Of a DNA stretch of 64,000 nt, positions 39,357 through 49,707 are shown in pieces. The stretch comes from a virus: IMG/VR virus record IMGVR_UViG_3300035670_000030, positions 79,731 to 143,730 of that record, one strand, 5' to 3'. How positions within the stretch are numbered: the first letter of the stretch is position 1; every line of letters begins with the position of its first letter. The notes beneath the pieces were generated by a model that saw nothing but the letters and a program-made list of their open reading frames with translations, had not been told where the DNA came from and did not search any database. Both the position numbers and the translations under genes were made by a program.

Positions 39357-40355
39357 TTAAAAATTAAATCTAATTTGAAAATTAGAGTTTGTTGAATTGA
39401 CTAAAGATTTATATACTAAATATGGATGTGTAGACCCATTTACTAAATTTAATAACATTCCCGAACCAGTAAAACTAGATGTTATATTAAAATTATTTTG
39501 ATCTATTATTGAAGTTAAAGGTCCCCATCCCGAAGGATACGCTAACCAAAAACGGCTATTAACTGTATTATATGTTAATGTAATAGGGTTTGGTTTACTT
39601 GAAACAACTTTAGTTCTTGGTGCGCCAGTAATTTGAGAAGCTGTTAAATTATCTTGTCCAGAGCCCCAGTAATAAGGAGCTTCAAAAATAATACTTCGCG
39701 TGTTACTTTGTATTTCAATTGGGCTGTTATTTTGATTTACGCCGCTAGCTTTTATATAAACATTATTAGATGTATTACTTAAATTTATACCAACTGACCA
39801 ATTAAAATTTTGAACTACTGGAATAAGCAGCGGTAAACGTCCAACATTATTTACATAGCCCTCTACATTTGTAAATGTATTTAAATTTAAACTACCAGTA
39901 TTAATTGTACCTACAAAATTTATATTAGTAACCGTTCTTCCCAATTCTTGTACAGCAAAACTATTTAGAGAAATAGATCCAGAAACAAATGGATAAAAAA
40001 CATTGTTAAGGAAAGAAACAACATCATTGCCACCAGGCGTTATTCCTTGAAAACCCTGAACATCAGCAGTGATTTCCCTATTTCCATCGAATAATGTTGA
40101 ACCACCTAATTCGCCAGTTGTGGCCAGGCCAGACCCATTAAAAAATGGTCTATTATCAAATGTTTTTATTCCACTAATTGTCTGATTACCAGTTGTGTAA
40201 ACAACATTTTGTCCAGTTAATTCAACTTCTGGATTGAATTCACTTAATATAAAATCTAACTCACCAAATGTAACAAAATATCCAGAACCGTAGCCGCTAA
40301 CTAAATCGCCTACGTCTGGATGTAATTGATTTTTTCTGATTAAACTTTTCGCCAT
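39357..40355 (-). CDS. Fibre/collar-associated structural protein
   Basis: NVVYTTGNQTISGIKTF repeat; directly after the portal gene. Confidence 0.6.
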   Translation of the reverse strand: MAKSLIRKNQLHPDVGDLVSGYGSGYFVTFGELDFILSEFNPEVELTGQNVVYTTGNQTISGIKTFDNRPFFNGSGLATTGELGGSTLFDGNREITADVQGFQGITPGGNDVVSFLNNVFYPFVSGSISLNSFAVQELGRTVTNINFVGTINTGSLNLNTFTNVEGYVNNVGRLPLLIPVVQNFNWSVGINLSNTSNNVYIKASGVNQNNSPIEIQSNTRSIIFEAPYYWGSGQDNLTASQITGAPRTKVVSSKPNPITLTYNTVNSRFWLAYPSGWGPLTSIIDQNNFNITSSFTGSGMLLNLVNGSTHPYLVYKSLVNSTNSNFQIRFNF

Positions 40356-40356
40356 A

Positions 40357-42261
40357 TTAATCTAATTTGCTGTGATATAATAAAATTGCTGTTTTATAAT
40401 CTAAACCATACTCAGCCGCAATTTCATTAATCTTTTCCATATTGACATTTAATTGAACTGGCGCATTAAGATAATCATTAATTTTGTTAACCCAGTCTTT
40501 CGGATTTTCATTTGTAGCAATTGTTTCTGCAATTGTTTGAATTATTTCTTTTTGTTCTTTTGTTAATCTTTTACGATTATATTTTTCTTTTAAAGTGGTT
40601 TCTACGGCTTCAACTAAATTATCAAATTTAACTAAATTTTTTGCAACTAGATCAGCATTAATTTTAGGTTTAATTTCTGAAGCTTGAACAGTTGGAGCCG
40701 TTCTTGGTGCTTTTGTTGTTTGTGGCGTTCCAGTTCCAGTTGGACGACCAGATTGTTGCTGTTGAGGTTTATTTAAAAGTGGTTGATATAAACCTTCTTC
40801 CTGTAATTGTTTAAAATCTTTTTGAGATTCTACACTTTCATCTGGAAGTGGTAAACGTCCGGTTTCAATTGCTGTAATACCTTCTTCTGGAGTTAATACG
40901 CCAAGCTCAATTAAACGAGAATAAATTCTTGTTAAATTCATATCATTTTTAAAGTCTGCATCTTTAAAACGAGCTACTGGTAAATTTTTAAATCCAAGAT
41001 TTTTACCAATTTTTTTCATTTCTGGTAAAAGAAAATCATTCATAAAAGTTTCTCTGGCATGTTTTAAACGAGAAAGAAATACTTCTATTTTAGTATTTGT
41101 ATTTGCATATTTTTCTTCACCAAAGAGTACATTATTTAAACCATAACGAATATCACGATCTACAACTTCATATTTCTTAGGATCTAGAATATTACTAATT
41201 TCCGGAATGATAAATTTAATATTAGTTGTATAGTCAGTAACAAGAATACGTCCAACACTTTCATTTTCAAAAATTTTTCTTAATGTACTGATTTGTTCTT
41301 TGGTTGGCATACCAACTTCATCATTTCCCATTGTAACCAAAAGGACTGCTTGCTGTATGGTACGACTAATTGCCATATCCATATTTTTAAGTTCTTGCTT
41401 CCAGTTAATATCTTCGAGAACTGGGAAGCCCATTGGGACGCTAAATGGTTCATAATCTTGTTTTTTATAAAATACAGGAACAAATCTTTCAGGATCTAAT
41501 TCAAATATCATATATTGATTAGATTGGGTAATATTACTTGATGTTTTTAAATCTTTTACATTCTTAACCCTTTCTGCAAGTTGCTGGTCTTGTTCATTAG
41601 TAGGATTAGTTAAAACTTGCATTTCAAAATCATTTAAAACTTTAACATATTGAGGGGTAATAAATGATGCAGAGCCAATAGCTTGAACATCTGCTGGATT
41701 TAAAATAATATATCTAACTGGAATTTCACCAGTACGAGCCTCTGTGGTAATTAAATCCGTAAGCACTCGCATATCTTGTTTTGTAAATTGCGCATTTAAT
41801 TTGTAAAGAAATACATTACCGCTACGGAAAAACTCACGGAAAAACATATCTTGTAATTTCCATAAATTAACACGATCCCCCCAAGCTTGGAAGAATTTGC
41901 GAGATTGCTCATTGCCACCAGTAAAATATATAGGAGAGCAACTAAATTCGGTCATTAAATCAATGGTATTTCTAAAAATAGAAAAATTGTAATAAGCTTT
42001 TTGACACAAGATAATAGTATCTTTTATACTTATATTAGAAGTATATTTACCATAACCGCCACCATAAATAAAAGGAATAACGCCACCTTCAATATTTTTA
42101 TATTTATCAGTTCTAGAAATTGTAGAAGCTCTATTCCTTCTTACGGAAGTATTGACTTCGCCGCGACTGGCCTTGACTTCTATATTATCTTTTGATTTTA
42201 TAGATCCTTCAATTACCTGTGGCTCTGGGAATTTAATATTTTTATTATTATTTCGTGCCAT
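40357..42261 (-). CDS. Portal protein
   Basis: 634 aa directly after TerL; FRNTIDLMTEF..., REFFRSGNVFLY and KKQDYEPFSVP portal-like segments. Confidence 0.85.
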   Translation of the reverse strand: MARNNNKNIKFPEPQVIEGSIKSKDNIEVKASRGEVNTSVRRNRASTISRTDKYKNIEGGVIPFIYGGGYGKYTSNISIKDTIILCQKAYYNFSIFRNTIDLMTEFSCSPIYFTGGNEQSRKFFQAWGDRVNLWKLQDMFFREFFRSGNVFLYKLNAQFTKQDMRVLTDLITTEARTGEIPVRYIILNPADVQAIGSASFITPQYVKVLNDFEMQVLTNPTNEQDQQLAERVKNVKDLKTSSNITQSNQYMIFELDPERFVPVFYKKQDYEPFSVPMGFPVLEDINWKQELKNMDMAISRTIQQAVLLVTMGNDEVGMPTKEQISTLRKIFENESVGRILVTDYTTNIKFIIPEISNILDPKKYEVVDRDIRYGLNNVLFGEEKYANTNTKIEVFLSRLKHARETFMNDFLLPEMKKIGKNLGFKNLPVARFKDADFKNDMNLTRIYSRLIELGVLTPEEGITAIETGRLPLPDESVESQKDFKQLQEEGLYQPLLNKPQQQQSGRPTGTGTPQTTKAPRTAPTVQASEIKPKINADLVAKNLVKFDNLVEAVETTLKEKYNRKRLTKEQKEIIQTIAETIATNENPKDWVNKINDYLNAPVQLNVNMEKINEIAAEYGLDYKTAILLYHSKLD

Positions 42262-42280
42262 AATTTATTATAACAGTTTA

Positions 42281-42286
42281 TTACAC
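42281..42286 (-). promoter_or_regulatory. Late-promoter-like motif GTGTAA (example copy upstream of the portal gene)
   Basis: (G)TGTAA recurs ~8-32 nt upstream of many structural-gene starts; positions listed in findings. Confidence 0.7.
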
Positions 42287-42302
42287 TAAAATCTGATATT
42301 TA

Positions 42303-44204
42303 TTAGATTAATTCTGCTACAAAGGTTGTATTCTTTTTTACAAAATTTTCTGGAGCCATTATATCAAAATAAGCTTTAACACCCCAATTCCCTAACATAA
42401 GAGTAGTATAATTATCTTTTCTTGCCCTGTTTACACTTGTAGATTTTCTTAAATGTGATGGTAGGTCAAAACTTTGGGTACCCCTAGATGTTGTAGTTAC
42501 TTCTACATTCGCACATTGGTCTTTAGTATCTTGAATAATAAAATCTTGTTCTTCTATAAATTCTCTAACAGTTAATTTTTTAGTTTCAAATTCATTATCA
42601 GCTTTGTCACCAATGCCTCTAGGATAAATATACTCCATAGGAAGATTCATTGTAAAAATATTTTCTAAAATATCAGGATGGTTGCTAGCGCGCGATGCAA
42701 ACCATATCTTTTTATGATCAATACAAGTTTGTAAATAAGAATTGGCGCGACCCAAGAAGAAACTAGTAAAATATTGTTTAATACATATATTCCCGAAATC
42801 TTTATTATACTGACGAGCACAATCTTTTAACATCTTACTATAATCTTCATTTTCTTTATCAGATTCAAAATCGACAAATCCAATTTTGCGATTCATGTCT
42901 TTAAAAAATTGAGAATTATTAACCGCATCAATAAATGTATCTGCACCCGCATGGTCAATTATAATTAAAGCAATATTAAAATTTTTATACAAATAATAAA
43001 AATACTTAATATGGTCTTGTAATGAAGACCCCGCAGCTTGATAACCATGAACAAGAACCCCTTGTTTTTTTTCTTCATCTAGTTCAATAAGACTCATAGC
43101 AAAATAGTCAGCAACCTTAGATGATGAAAAGTTCGGGTCAATTGCTAAAATATATTTTTTATCGCTATCGCCAATGACTTTAGTAGTAGGATATTCTCCA
43201 TCTGGAATAGTACATTCATGCATTTTTTTGGGTGAGAAATAACTATCTCCACCATCAATAAAACGCGCGCAATATTCTCGTAAAAACGAATGATGTGAAC
43301 TTCCGCCACTTTTAGCTACTTGAATTGCGGCTTGATCCACCATATGAGAAGGCAATGCTTCATAACCTAATTGCGAAACAAAATAAGTTCCAGGCAATTC
43401 TCCTTCTTTAGTTTCTTGTTCTTCTGGATGTTCGATTAAATGCGACCATTGTTGGTAAACACGAAATAAATGTTCAAATGTATAACTTGCAGAACTAAGA
43501 GCTAACATCTGAGAAGTATTCTCAAATATTTGTTTATTATCAGGATGTAACAATCCTTTTTTTATTAATTCATCTTCTAATTTTCTAATACGAATTCTTT
43601 CTCCTACGTCACGAGGAGAGCTTAAGAACGGAATGAGAACATTATCAATAATATCAGGAGGTAATAATAAAAACTCATCAAGAATTAGTACGTTAGCACG
43701 AATACCACGAATCTTTTCTCCAGTTAATGGAATAGCTGTAATACTTCCACCATTAACTTCCCATTCGTATTGGTCATTACGCTTACTTTTTAAACCAAAA
43801 CATTGACGTGCTAAAGCTGCTTGTGGAGAGCTTAAAAATTTTTCAATTTCATTAAAAACACGGCGACTCGTACGAAAGTTAATAGAAGCGATAAGAATTT
43901 TAGTTCCAGGTTCGAATATACATTTTAAAATACAATAAATTGCAGCACAAAAACTTTTTGCACATCCACGACCCCAAACAAGCATACAATAATTTCTATT
44001 GAAAAAAGAATTTATTGTTAATTCTTGATATGATTCTAAATTTAAACCTAGAGCTAAGTCTGTTGTAAATCCAAGATTATAACGAAGAAATTTCGCAAGG
44101 GAAATCCTTGCCTCTTGATCCGTTAAATCTCCTTTTAATTTTAAAAGTTCTTGATTAACAGGAACAATAGATTTTTTATTTTGACTACCAACTATAAGGG
44201 CCAT
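42303..44204 (-). CDS. terL: Terminase large subunit
   Basis: Walker A variant GRGCAKS; KIRGIRANVLILDEF Walker B; SSA motif III; RNaseH-like LAIDP...D...KDNY. Confidence 0.92.
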   Translation of the reverse strand: MALIVGSQNKKSIVPVNQELLKLKGDLTDQEARISLAKFLRYNLGFTTDLALGLNLESYQELTINSFFNRNYCMLVWGRGCAKSFCAAIYCILKCIFEPGTKILIASINFRTSRRVFNEIEKFLSSPQAALARQCFGLKSKRNDQYEWEVNGGSITAIPLTGEKIRGIRANVLILDEFLLLPPDIIDNVLIPFLSSPRDVGERIRIRKLEDELIKKGLLHPDNKQIFENTSQMLALSSASYTFEHLFRVYQQWSHLIEHPEEQETKEGELPGTYFVSQLGYEALPSHMVDQAAIQVAKSGGSSHHSFLREYCARFIDGGDSYFSPKKMHECTIPDGEYPTTKVIGDSDKKYILAIDPNFSSSKVADYFAMSLIELDEEKKQGVLVHGYQAAGSSLQDHIKYFYYLYKNFNIALIIIDHAGADTFIDAVNNSQFFKDMNRKIGFVDFESDKENEDYSKMLKDCARQYNKDFGNICIKQYFTSFFLGRANSYLQTCIDHKKIWFASRASNHPDILENIFTMNLPMEYIYPRGIGDKADNEFETKKLTVREFIEEQDFIIQDTKDQCANVEVTTTSRGTQSFDLPSHLRKSTSVNRARKDNYTTLMLGNWGVKAYFDIMAPENFVKKNTTFVAELI

Positions 44205-45124
44205 TTTGTATCAAAGTAATATTGTAAATCTATTTTACAGGCTTCATTGTCCATTTTTAAAATATATAAAGTTTTGTCTCTAGCTTCTTCACGCCCATCA
44301 CAAAAAACAAATTGTAAATTATCATATTTTCTTAATAGTTGTCTCATATTATGGGCTATAAATTCACCAGATGCTTTACCAAATTTTTGTTTTTGATACA
44401 TCATATTATTTAAGGTAGACTCAACTACAACCACAATATAACCTTCTAATTTTTTAGCTTTTTGGATCTCACGTTCGAATCTTTCACGACCACCACTTAA
44501 AGTTCCATATAAATCAGATAAACTTTTTCTTTCTATAGCTAATTTGTTATTAGGGTGAAGTGAGTAATCTCCATACTCTAATTTTGATTCAATTAAAGTA
44601 AGCTCTTCAAAATGAAATGGCTTTTGTTCACGACTATCTACAATAATTTGCGGAGTAGGGGTGAATTGAATTTCTTCAGGAATTTGATAATTAAATCTGG
44701 AATGCAATCCAATTTTTTTACATAAATTATTGTAATCCATTCCAGAAAAAACTTCTATTGTGCTTACTGGTAATAAACAATTTATACTTTGAGCTTCTAC
44801 TTGACCAGGAGCACTTTCTAAGTTTTTTAAATCGCAATATTGTTTTAATTTACTTTTAAAGTAATCAGCGCACTCTTCTTTAGAAAGCGTCTTCAACCAA
44901 TTTTTATAGTTTTTCTTATCAACAAAATCACAAGTAATATATTGATCAAAGGACTTATATTCTAGTTTTTTACCATCAAAACGATCAATACGTTTCCAAT
45001 AAGTTTCAAAATAAGTCTTACAAGAAAGTTTATGATAACTTCTTAAATGCTTTTGTAACTCAGCGAAATAATTAAATTCTTCGCCACAAACTTTACATTT
45101 TAAGTATATTTTGTTATTATTCAT
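44192..45124 (-). CDS. C2H2 zinc finger plus ERCC4 (XPF/Mus81-type) nuclease
   Basis: CKVC..HLRSYH; IIVDSREQ...GDY...IERKSLSDL...RFERE. Confidence 0.88.
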   Translation of the reverse strand: MNNNKIYLKCKVCGEEFNYFAELQKHLRSYHKLSCKTYFETYWKRIDRFDGKKLEYKSFDQYITCDFVDKKNYKNWLKTLSKEECADYFKSKLKQYCDLKNLESAPGQVEAQSINCLLPVSTIEVFSGMDYNNLCKKIGLHSRFNYQIPEEIQFTPTPQIIVDSREQKPFHFEELTLIESKLEYGDYSLHPNNKLAIERKSLSDLYGTLSGGRERFEREIQKAKKLEGYIVVVVESTLNNMMYQKQKFGKASGEFIAHNMRQLLRKYDNLQFVFCDGREEARDKTLYILKMDNEACKIDLQYYFDTKWPL

Positions 45125-45135
45125 AATATATTATA

Positions 45136-46248
45136 TTAGCCTTGCACCATTTCATCAATATCAATTCCACGAATTACTGCTTTTAATTCATCCATAGAAG
45201 ATAAACGTTTAGCCTCTTCTTCGAGATTCTGCTTCTGAGCTTCAGCCAAATTGATAATACTTTTTCGACGTTCTTCGTCTTTCCATGCTTGCACTAAATT
45301 AAGAATACTTGCGTTTTCTTGTTTTCTTTCTTGTAATTTTTTAGAACGATCATCTACGAGAGATTTATATAATTTATTTTGTCTTGTGCGACATTGATTA
45401 TATTCTGTTTGCAAACTACTAATAGCTTCATTCAAGCTCATTTTAATATTGCGGCCCTCATCCTCTTCAGATGCTTGTCTTAATAATTGACGCAAGTCTT
45501 CTACTTGCTGTAAAATAGTGGAAGCCGTTACAACTTCTGTACAAAGGGTAATAAATTGGTCTAATTCTTCTTGTGTCAAATCATCTTTATCATAAGTATA
45601 ACGAATAAAAGCATCTTCAAAGAGTTTTCTATCATCTTCACGACGATACGTATTAATTTGGTAACAAAAACTAAAAGTATTTAAATATCTTTGAAGCATT
45701 TCCACTTGTTTGAGTTGCATTGCTTTGAGTTTCTTTTCCTCCCAACCCAAATTAAGATATTTATTAATTCTATATAAAGTTTGATCCATACGACGCGGCG
45801 GGAAATATTCCCCAAGAGGACTTGGGGTGGTATTCTCTGTTTCTTTTGGGGTGTAAACTGTCATGTCCAAATATGTAGGATCTGCTTTTTGTAGTTTATT
45901 AACATATTTGTTGACTTCACGAGATTCGAGACTTAAATGCGTTAAATTATTATTTTTAAATAAAATTTTTGCCATATCAAGATAGTGCTGATTTTTATAA
46001 TTATTTTTTATAAATTCTTCTTGATCTTTTGTAAGTGAAACGCGATCTCTTTGAAAAACAGAACGATTTTTATATTCAATATTATTGTCTAATAAATATT
46101 TTTTTAAAATTCGCCCTTCTTTGCTACGACTATCTATATTTTCATTATTATACGTATAAGCTGTAATTTCTGTAAGAGTTGCTTCTGGATTTTTTTGTAA
46201 AATTTCTGTTAATCGATTTTTTTGTTCTAATGTTAAAATATCATCCAT
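45136..46248 (-). CDS. Helical protein, possible terminase small subunit
   Basis: 370 aa, coiled-coil C-terminus, upstream of the nuclease and TerL; assigned by synteny only. Confidence 0.4.
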   Translation of the reverse strand: MDDILTLEQKNRLTEILQKNPEATLTEITAYTYNNENIDSRSKEGRILKKYLLDNNIEYKNRSVFQRDRVSLTKDQEEFIKNNYKNQHYLDMAKILFKNNNLTHLSLESREVNKYVNKLQKADPTYLDMTVYTPKETENTTPSPLGEYFPPRRMDQTLYRINKYLNLGWEEKKLKAMQLKQVEMLQRYLNTFSFCYQINTYRREDDRKLFEDAFIRYTYDKDDLTQEELDQFITLCTEVVTASTILQQVEDLRQLLRQASEEDEGRNIKMSLNEAISSLQTEYNQCRTRQNKLYKSLVDDRSKKLQERKQENASILNLVQAWKDEERRKSIINLAEAQKQNLEEEAKRLSSMDELKAVIRGIDIDEMVQG

Positions 46249-46958
46249 TATAATACCTCCCTTACTACTTCACGCGCCTTTTGTAAAATTTTTGATTTAA
46301 TTTTACTAATTTGTCTGTATGCTGGACGACCTTCTTTTAAACTTAATTTATAACCCATTTTTTTAGCAACCTCTGCTTCTTCAAGGTGCTGTAAGAACAT
46401 ATAATCATATACTTTCCATTCTATTATACTTAAATGTTTTTTCATAATTTCATGAAAAAGTGGCATTAAATTTTCTATATCTAATGAATTTTCTGTATCA
46501 TGTAAAACATTTTCTAATGTTGTTTCTGGGTTATCATGATTAGGACTATGAATACTCAACGGAAATTTTACATCATAAGCAGATTTTTTACCCTTTTCCC
46601 ATTTGGCGTAATCTTTACATGAATTATTTTGCGTTCCATATATCGAGCAACCATAATCACCAGTATTAAATGGGCATTTTAAACACGGTCTAGAAAAATT
46701 AGAATAATGATTTCTGAGCATGTTAGTCATTTGGTGATTGATTACTTGATTAAGCCATGGGCGCATAGGTCTTTCTGGATCCCATTTCTCCCATTTTTTA
46801 TAAATATGTATTCTTAATCTTTGAGCAACATCTTCAAAATCCATCCAAGCTATGGCCGTCAAATGCCAACGATGTTTACGCTTCTGAATTTCAGAATTGA
46901 TAATTTCTATCGATTCTTCAAATGAAGGTCTATTAACGCCTTTTTTCTTTCGTGGCAT
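46248..46958 (-). CDS. Phage sigma-factor-like protein (candidate late sigma) with a Cys-rich insert
   Basis: DFEDVAQ.LRIHIYKKWEKWDP..P..PWL region-2-like motif; C-terminal HTH (EAEVAKKMGY...ISKIK). Confidence 0.75.
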   Translation of the reverse strand: MPRKKKGVNRPSFEESIEIINSEIQKRKHRWHLTAIAWMDFEDVAQRLRIHIYKKWEKWDPERPMRPWLNQVINHQMTNMLRNHYSNFSRPCLKCPFNTGDYGCSIYGTQNNSCKDYAKWEKGKKSAYDVKFPLSIHSPNHDNPETTLENVLHDTENSLDIENLMPLFHEIMKKHLSIIEWKVYDYMFLQHLEEAEVAKKMGYKLSLKEGRPAYRQISKIKSKILQKAREVVREVL

Positions 46959-46959
46959 A

Positions 46960-47370
46960 TTACTTAGATCTTAATGAGCCAGCTTCCTTTTGAAATTCTG
47001 CTAAAATTTCTTCTTTAGTTTTTGTTTGTATATTATCTTGAGTATTTTCTTTAATAGGGCTGGAAGGGTTTTCAATTAAACTTCCAAAAGATTCGCCTTT
47101 CGACTGGTAAACATCTACTTTAAAAGATGGTTTAATTTTTTTAAAATTAATATTACTTTCTACTTCAACTGTATCGTCACTGTCATCATTAATTACTATA
47201 GGGTTTATATTTTTCTTTAATTTTAATTCATTTAAAAATTTATTCCTATTATCTTCAGTTTGTACTGAAGATGATTTACTAGCAAACGATTGGCCGCAAA
47301 AAGCACAAAACTTTGGTAGCTCAAAATTATATTGAGTGGTTTTACCACATTTAGAACAAAAATATTTCAT
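46960..47370 (-). CDS. Zinc-ribbon protein
   Basis: CSKC...CAFC at the N-terminus. Confidence 0.7.
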   Translation of the reverse strand: MKYFCSKCGKTTQYNFELPKFCAFCGQSFASKSSSVQTEDNRNKFLNELKLKKNINPIVINDDSDDTVEVESNINFKKIKPSFKVDVYQSKGESFGSLIENPSSPIKENTQDNIQTKTKEEILAEFQKEAGSLRSK

Positions 47371-47454
47371 ACACTAGTATTTTATAGGTTTACACAAAAA
47401 AATTCTAAAATCTCTTCTATAAACTTTATATAAAAATATAAGTGTAAATAACTA

Positions 47455-48045
47455 TTGATGTCGTCTTTAATTAATTCACGAGTGTTCGATATCATCAAGG
47501 AAGATATCGAATTGCTTGATGGTCGTATTATATTATTAAAAGGAAATTACTGCGGAGGTAAGAGTAAATGCTCTGGTCTTTTTTATTTAGATTCAAATGA
47601 TAATCCACTTATTAAAGTAGCCAAAGGTAATCTAATAGAGGAAGAATGGTTTGGCGTTCTTTTGCATGAATACTGTCATTTCTTACAATGGCGTGATGAT
47701 TCTCGATTATGGAATAATTTTTGTGATTATGATATTACCTATTCAGAAATTATATTAAAACCACAAAAATATAAAAAAGAATTACAAGCCCTAATGGAGT
47801 TAGAAATTGACTGTGAAAAATGCGCAGCTAATATAATCAAAAATAATCAACTTTTTGATCACAAAAAATATATCCAAAGTGCAAATGCTATTTTATATAA
47901 ATATGCGATGCTTTATAAATATAATAAATGGCCAGAAAATAATAGAAAATATAAAAATGTGCAAGATTTTTGCCCAACGAAAGTTTTAAAATCTTATAAA
48001 GACTATCTAAAAATACCAGAAAAAATTATTAAATATTATCAATAG
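47455..48045 (+). CDS. Zincin-like metallopeptidase
   Basis: LLHEYCH (HExxH) plus a downstream Glu (ELEIDC). Confidence 0.65.
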   Translation: MMSSLINSRVFDIIKEDIELLDGRIILLKGNYCGGKSKCSGLFYLDSNDNPLIKVAKGNLIEEEWFGVLLHEYCHFLQWRDDSRLWNNFCDYDITYSEIILKPQKYKKELQALMELEIDCEKCAANIIKNNQLFDHKKYIQSANAILYKYAMLYKYNKWPENNRKYKNVQDFCPTKVLKSYKDYLKIPEKIIKYYQ

Positions 48046-48288
48046 AATCGGAACCATTAAATGGAAGAATTAGATTGTTATCAATAATGTATTGATTTAG
48101 TTCTTCTTCTGTGTCCGCAATGACCATTGTATATGGACTAGATGTTCCACCAGCACATTGAAGAGGTGGGATAATTACCTTATTAGTTTCGGCGTCATAA
48201 ATCATCCACCACTCTGTTTCGTTAGTCATGATACTCTCCACGCTAGAAACTACATCTGGCTTTTCTTGGTTTGAATATATTTTAATCA
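48029..48288 (-). CDS. Small acidic protein downstream of the LRR gene
   Basis: Likely start MIKIYSN near the LRR stop; start coordinate approximate. Confidence 0.5.
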
Positions 48289-49449
48289 TGGCGTATTTGT
48301 TCCTGTAGTTACAGACCAACCGCGACTTCGAAGAGTCGCTACATCAGTAATACCTTGTCCGGTTGGTTGAGAATTTGTTGCACCTCCTAGATTTAATACA
48401 CATGTCCCGCTAGCTGTAGTTCGACCAGCTGCAACAAAAGATGAAAGAATACTATTAACTGCTGTTGCGACAAGATTATTATTATCAGCTCTAAAAAATC
48501 CAAGAGTGCTAGGAAGAGAACCTCCAGCAAAACTTGTTAATTGATTGTTTTGACAGAAGAAAAACTGAAGCCCAGTAATAGTACTAAAACTAGGAATAGA
48601 TCCTGTTAATTGGTTGCTATTGCAATAAAAATCTCTAAGTGGTATATTATTATTTAAACTTGGAATCGGTCCTGTTAATTGGTTGTTATTACAATAAAAA
48701 AACTGAAGCCCCGTATTAGCACTGAGATTTGGAATCTGTCCTGTTAATTGATTTAATTCACAATGAAAATCTTGAAGTAGTGTATTATTACTTAAATTAG
48801 GAATAGGTCCTGTAAGCTTGGTTGTTCCTGATTGATTTTCACAACGAAAAGCTTCAAGTTTTGTGTGTGTTGCAAGACTTGGAATAGGCCCTGTTAACCT
48901 GTTTGATCCACAACGAAAATCCACAAGTTCTAAATTATTCGTAAAATTTGGAATTTGACCTGTTAGAAAATTACTATAACAATAAAAAGTTTTAAGATCT
49001 GTATTAAAGGACAAATTTGGAATACTCCCCGTTAGTTGATTTGTATAGCACCGAAAATCTAAAAGATTCACATTATTATCCAAATTTGGAATTGTTCCTG
49101 ATAACAAATTTCTATCACAATAAAAATCCTCAAGCTGTGTGTTAGCACTTAGACTTGGGATAGATCCAGTCAGCAGATTGAAAAAACAAAAGAATTCAAC
49201 TAATCCAGTATTTGAATTAATATTAGGAATACTTCCAGTAATACTATTTCTTGAATAATTCATGCTCACTAAATTTGGATTATTTTCAAATCCACTAATT
49301 GCAGTAATAGCATTATTAATACATGTAAAAGTTTTTAAATTAGGAAATGCAGATAAATTAACAGTTCCTCCTAATTTTGGAGAACTTGCACCACAATTAA
49401 TTTCTGTAATTATTGGGTTATTTTGTAATATTAAACTAATTCCAGCCAT
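48286..49449 (-). CDS. Leucine-rich-repeat protein (plant-type-like LTGxIP repeats)
   Basis: ~11 repeats of L..F.C..N.LTG.IP.L..N. Confidence 0.9.
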   Translation of the reverse strand: MAGISLILQNNPIITEINCGASSPKLGGTVNLSAFPNLKTFTCINNAITAISGFENNPNLVSMNYSRNSITGSIPNINSNTGLVEFFCFFNLLTGSIPSLSANTQLEDFYCDRNLLSGTIPNLDNNVNLLDFRCYTNQLTGSIPNLSFNTDLKTFYCYSNFLTGQIPNFTNNLELVDFRCGSNRLTGPIPSLATHTKLEAFRCENQSGTTKLTGPIPNLSNNTLLQDFHCELNQLTGQIPNLSANTGLQFFYCNNNQLTGPIPSLNNNIPLRDFYCNSNQLTGSIPSFSTITGLQFFFCQNNQLTSFAGGSLPSTLGFFRADNNNLVATAVNSILSSFVAAGRTTASGTCVLNLGGATNSQPTGQGITDVATLRSRGWSVTTGTNTP

Positions 49450-49452
49450 ATA

Positions 49453-49707
49453 TTAAGAAAATGTTTTGTTATAGCTTACACCTGAAGTTAAAATTTGAGA
49501 ACTTCCATCATTCCAATCGGCGGTAACTTGACCACCTATAAAACCAACGCTAAAAGCAGTTAATGTTTTACCAGATGGATTGTTAAAATCCCAAAAAAGA
49601 CCCGAAAGCGGAATTTCAATTTGTGGCCAAATTAATTTATTATTATAATAAACCTGTTTGGCTGATAAACCATTATATTTAACATCAACTGCATCGTTGA
49701 ATTTCAT
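49453..49707 (-). CDS. Stand-alone fibre adaptor domain
   Basis: Aligns with the N-terminal ~80 aa of 35231-37447 (Y..N.L.WP...FW.F.NP.GKTL..F.V....G.V.A.W). Confidence 0.7.
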   Translation of the reverse strand: MKFNDAVDVKYNGLSAKQVYYNNKLIWPQIEIPLSGLFWDFNNPSGKTLTAFSVGFIGGQVTADWNDGSSQILTSGVSYNKTFS

